The position numbers were made by a program, and so were the translations under genes. A stretch of DNA of 64,000 nucleotides from Planctomycetota bacterium (GTDB lineage: Bacteria; Planctomycetota; SZUA-567; H5-PLA8). The notes under the pieces were generated by a model, which had not been told where the DNA came from, ran no database searches, and saw only the letters and a program-made list of their open reading frames with translations. This document shows positions 61,243 to 64,000 of this stretch, piece by piece; the stretch's first letter is position 1; each line of letters starts with the position of its first letter. The stretch covers positions 32,001 to 96,000 of the forward strand of contig JBBRPR010000006.1 of the NCBI GenBank assembly GCA_038227875.1, read 5' to 3'.

Positions 61243-63945
61243 TTACTGCACAACCACGTACAGGGCATCGGCGGGGAATTTGAATGTGACGCCCTCCCCA
61301 GCCTTCTCCAGCGGGACTTCCTTCCCCTTCATGCCGTTGATATCGAGCACGTACGCGGTCTTCGCGCCGGAATTCTGAATCGTCACTGTGACGTCGCCGT
61401 TCACGATTTGCCACGGCGCGTGGCCGAAGTTCACGACCTGTTCGCCGGTCTTCTTGTCCACGGGCGCGGGCTTGGTCTGCCAGCCGGTCGGGCGTTCGGT
61501 GGTGCCGACCTGGACCAGGATTTTTCCGGACGTCTTCAGCTCTTTACCGTCCATCGAGACCACCAGCACCGTCGCGTACGGATTGCCGCAGTGCAGCGAA
61601 ACGTCGGCGAGTTTCACGTCGCTGCCGTTTTTGAAGAAGCCGGTCGCGCCTTGCACTTTCGGCGCGTTGAGCGTGCAGATGCCCTTGCCGTAATCGAGAA
61701 TCAATTCGCCGGTGATCGACTTCACGGTCTTCACGGTCTCGTCGATGTACGGCTTCAGGTCTGCGACCTTGCTCTTGGATGGATCGCCGGCGTACTTCGC
61801 GATCACCGGGCCGACGAGGTAGGCCAGCGGGTTAATGCCGTCCTTGATGTTCGATTCCTTCGAGTGATTATCTTTGTCGCGGTTGGGATCGAAGCCGGAA
61901 TCTTCAGCCGTCAGCGGCACCTTGCGGTCCCACATATCCTGCAGCGCGCGCTGTTCGAACACGACCGGCTCGCCCTGCTTCACGTAACCATTGCGATAAA
62001 ATAATGCGGCCGCCGGCCACTGCCCCATCAGCATCGGCGTCGCGCAGATCCATTTTCCTTCCGACGGCATGAAGCCATTGGCTGAACCGGGATGGCGCCA
62101 GTCCTCTTCACCGGTCGCGAACCAATAGTAGGCATCGACGCCGTTGAGCGACTGGTACGCGGCGATCATGAAGGGGCCTTCCGACTGATAACTTTCTGGC
62201 GGCACCCAGGAACTCTCGGAGACGATCATCGGGTAACCGTCCACCTGCTTGAGCGAAACGGGAAGTTCGCGGGGGCTCAGCAGCGTGCTTTCGTCGGTGA
62301 ATTTGTCGCCGTTGACGATCGCCCAGCCGGCGTTCGGGCCTTCGTGAGCTCCGCCGAAATAGCGATTCACGCCCATCACCTGGTTGGGCGTGTACGAATA
62401 GCGTTCGGAGTCGAGCATCAACACGTTGTCGGCGGTGCGCCAGTTGCCCGCATTGACCAGTGCTTTGCAGCCCAGTTCCGTGTGGATAAAGGTGTCGATC
62501 ATCGTGTTGAAGTTGAACATCGTCTCGGTGACGAACTGCATTTGGTCAGCGCACCGTTTCAGCTGCCCTTCCCCGCCGCGGCGTTGTGTCAGTTCCCAGA
62601 CGATGTACAGGCCCGCCTCACTGGCGGTGAAATTATCGCCTTCGACCGCAGTACCGCCCCATGCTTCCTTGGCTTTGTCCAGCGTGCCATATTTCTTCGC
62701 CGCGAACGCGCCAAACTGCTTGCGCAGTTCTTCGCCCGCGGTGCCCTTGATGCCCTGCGACGTCCAGAAGAGCAGCGAATCTTCGTTCTGAATCTGGATG
62801 ATCGCCAGCGCCGGATCCTGGGCCAGCGGGATGCCCGTGTACGGATTCTTCTCCGTGAGCACCTGCTTCATCCAGCTCTTGTACGCCTCCTGCAATTTCG
62901 GATCGAAAAACAGCAGGCCGCAGTTGCTCTTGTTGCCGGTGTTCAGCGTGCCCATCGCGGGGGTCACGTGCGAGGAATTGGCCCAGTACGGCGAGAAAGT
63001 CGTGTAGATGCCCTGCTTCTTCATCGCCGCGACGCACTTCCACAGGCGGTCGCGTTCGCCCTTGTCGATCGACATCAGGTCCCCGCCGTTGGGCGTGATG
63101 TTGCCGTGGAATCGGACCATGTTGCAGCCGCGCTTGGCGATGAACTTCGCGTGACGGTCGAGATCCGCGCCGGCCTTGCCATAGGTCCCGGTGTTGAGCG
63201 CCCAGAAACGCGCGGGCTTGCCGTTGCCGAGCACAAAATCGTTGCCGTCCTTGCTGCGCGTCACGTAACCGGATTCGCCGGCCACTTTTTCGTTCAGATA
63301 ACGCAGGTCCAGCAGCGCATCCGGGCTGAAATCGTCGCGTTCGGGATTGAACGGCCAGCAGTTGGCGGACGCCACCGGCGGCGGTGCCTTTTCGCCGGGC
63401 TTCTTGACGCCTTCGGGTGTGAACGGAACTGCGGTGAAGACGAAACAATCGAGCATGCCGTGATTGTCTTTGTCGCTGTGCATCTTGAAGACCAGGCGAT
63501 GCGTGCCGCCAGTCAGATTCACCGTGCCGACTTTCGCCCACGCGATGAAACGCAAGTCGGGCTTGTCGTCTTCGGCGATGTTGATGTTGCCCGTCTGATC
63601 GGCGCTCATGTCGATCAACTTCCAGTCAGCTTCGTCGAGCTTGTAGGAGAGTTTGGTGCCGAGCGGATTGGCGCGGACCCAGAACGTGTATTGCTTGTCG
63701 GCGGGAACGGAGAGTTCGTAGTTGGCTTCGCCGGGCTTGTCGCCCCAGTTGGAAATAAAATCAGAGCCGGAAAGCTCGCCCTTCTTCACTTTGTCGAACC
63801 ACCAGGGGTGGCGCGTCATCGTGTTGGCCTTGGCGGCCTCGCCTTCGATCCAGATGTAGTCAGCTGCTCCAGCATTTCCAAACCGCGCCGCAATGGCCAC
63901 CAGCAGCAGCACCCCCGCTGCAATCCGTCGTGAACAATGAACCAT
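61243..63945 (-). CDS. Secreted GH5-like glycoside hydrolase with N-terminal CBM-like domain
   Basis: WIEGE; GKPARFWA.N; GCNMVRFH; NPYTG.PLA.DPALA..QIQNEDS; PMIVSES. Confidence 0.75.
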   Translation of the reverse strand: MVHCSRRIAAGVLLLVAIAARFGNAGAADYIWIEGEAAKANTMTRHPWWFDKVKKGELSGSDFISNWGDKPGEANYELSVPADKQYTFWVRANPLGTKLSYKLDEADWKLIDMSADQTGNINIAEDDKPDLRFIAWAKVGTVNLTGGTHRLVFKMHSDKDNHGMLDCFVFTAVPFTPEGVKKPGEKAPPPVASANCWPFNPERDDFSPDALLDLRYLNEKVAGESGYVTRSKDGNDFVLGNGKPARFWALNTGTYGKAGADLDRHAKFIAKRGCNMVRFHGNITPNGGDLMSIDKGERDRLWKCVAAMKKQGIYTTFSPYWANSSHVTPAMGTLNTGNKSNCGLLFFDPKLQEAYKSWMKQVLTEKNPYTGIPLAQDPALAIIQIQNEDSLLFWTSQGIKGTAGEELRKQFGAFAAKKYGTLDKAKEAWGGTAVEGDNFTASEAGLYIVWELTQRRGGEGQLKRCADQMQFVTETMFNFNTMIDTFIHTELGCKALVNAGNWRTADNVLMLDSERYSYTPNQVMGVNRYFGGAHEGPNAGWAIVNGDKFTDESTLLSPRELPVSLKQVDGYPMIVSESSWVPPESYQSEGPFMIAAYQSLNGVDAYYWFATGEEDWRHPGSANGFMPSEGKWICATPMLMGQWPAAALFYRNGYVKQGEPVVFEQRALQDMWDRKVPLTAEDSGFDPNRDKDNHSKESNIKDGINPLAYLVGPVIAKYAGDPSKSKVADLKPYIDETVKTVKSITGELILDYGKGICTLNAPKVQGATGFFKNGSDVKLADVSLHCGNPYATVLVVSMDGKELKTSGKILVQVGTTERPTGWQTKPAPVDKKTGEQVVNFGHAPWQIVNGDVTVTIQNSGAKTAYVLDINGMKGKEVPLEKAGEGVTFKFPADALYVVVQ

Positions 63946-64000
63946 CGAATTTCCTCCGCGCGCGCGTTGCTGAAAAGGGACCGCAATTACCGTTGGATGA

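Overview
GC-rich bacterial chromosomal segment, very probably from the PVC superphylum and most likely a planctomycete. Evidence: a PVC signature small basic protein at 38172-38465, ECF sigma factors with C-terminal extensions, prenyltransferase-barrel proteins, FQFSLR-type N-termini and a Ser/Thr kinase. Housekeeping genes (dapL, uvrB, scpA, hutH) are mixed with regulators (two ECF sigmas, GntR, LacI, AraC, WYL, a sigma54 enhancer-binding protein, a hybrid kinase, a GGDEF protein) and many large secreted putative carbohydrate-active proteins. I saw no rRNA, tRNA, CRISPR array, integrase or transposase. The accessory block at about 14-23 kb is the most unusual part. It holds a WYL regulator whose upstream region shares a 12-bp-periodic triple repeat plus a TAnnnT box with a neighbouring repeat-bounded cassette (Zn-finger-like gene plus DUF6882-like gene). 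It also holds three pilin-like paralogues around a WG-repeat gene and a phased 10-bp repeat array. Other highlights are an unannotated 49-aa DltX-like microprotein behind an MBOAT gene, an in-frame amber codon in the LacI gene, a candidate sigma54 promoter, and heptamer-periodic repeats in many intergenic regions. All family assignments come from motif recognition by eye; no database searches were run.
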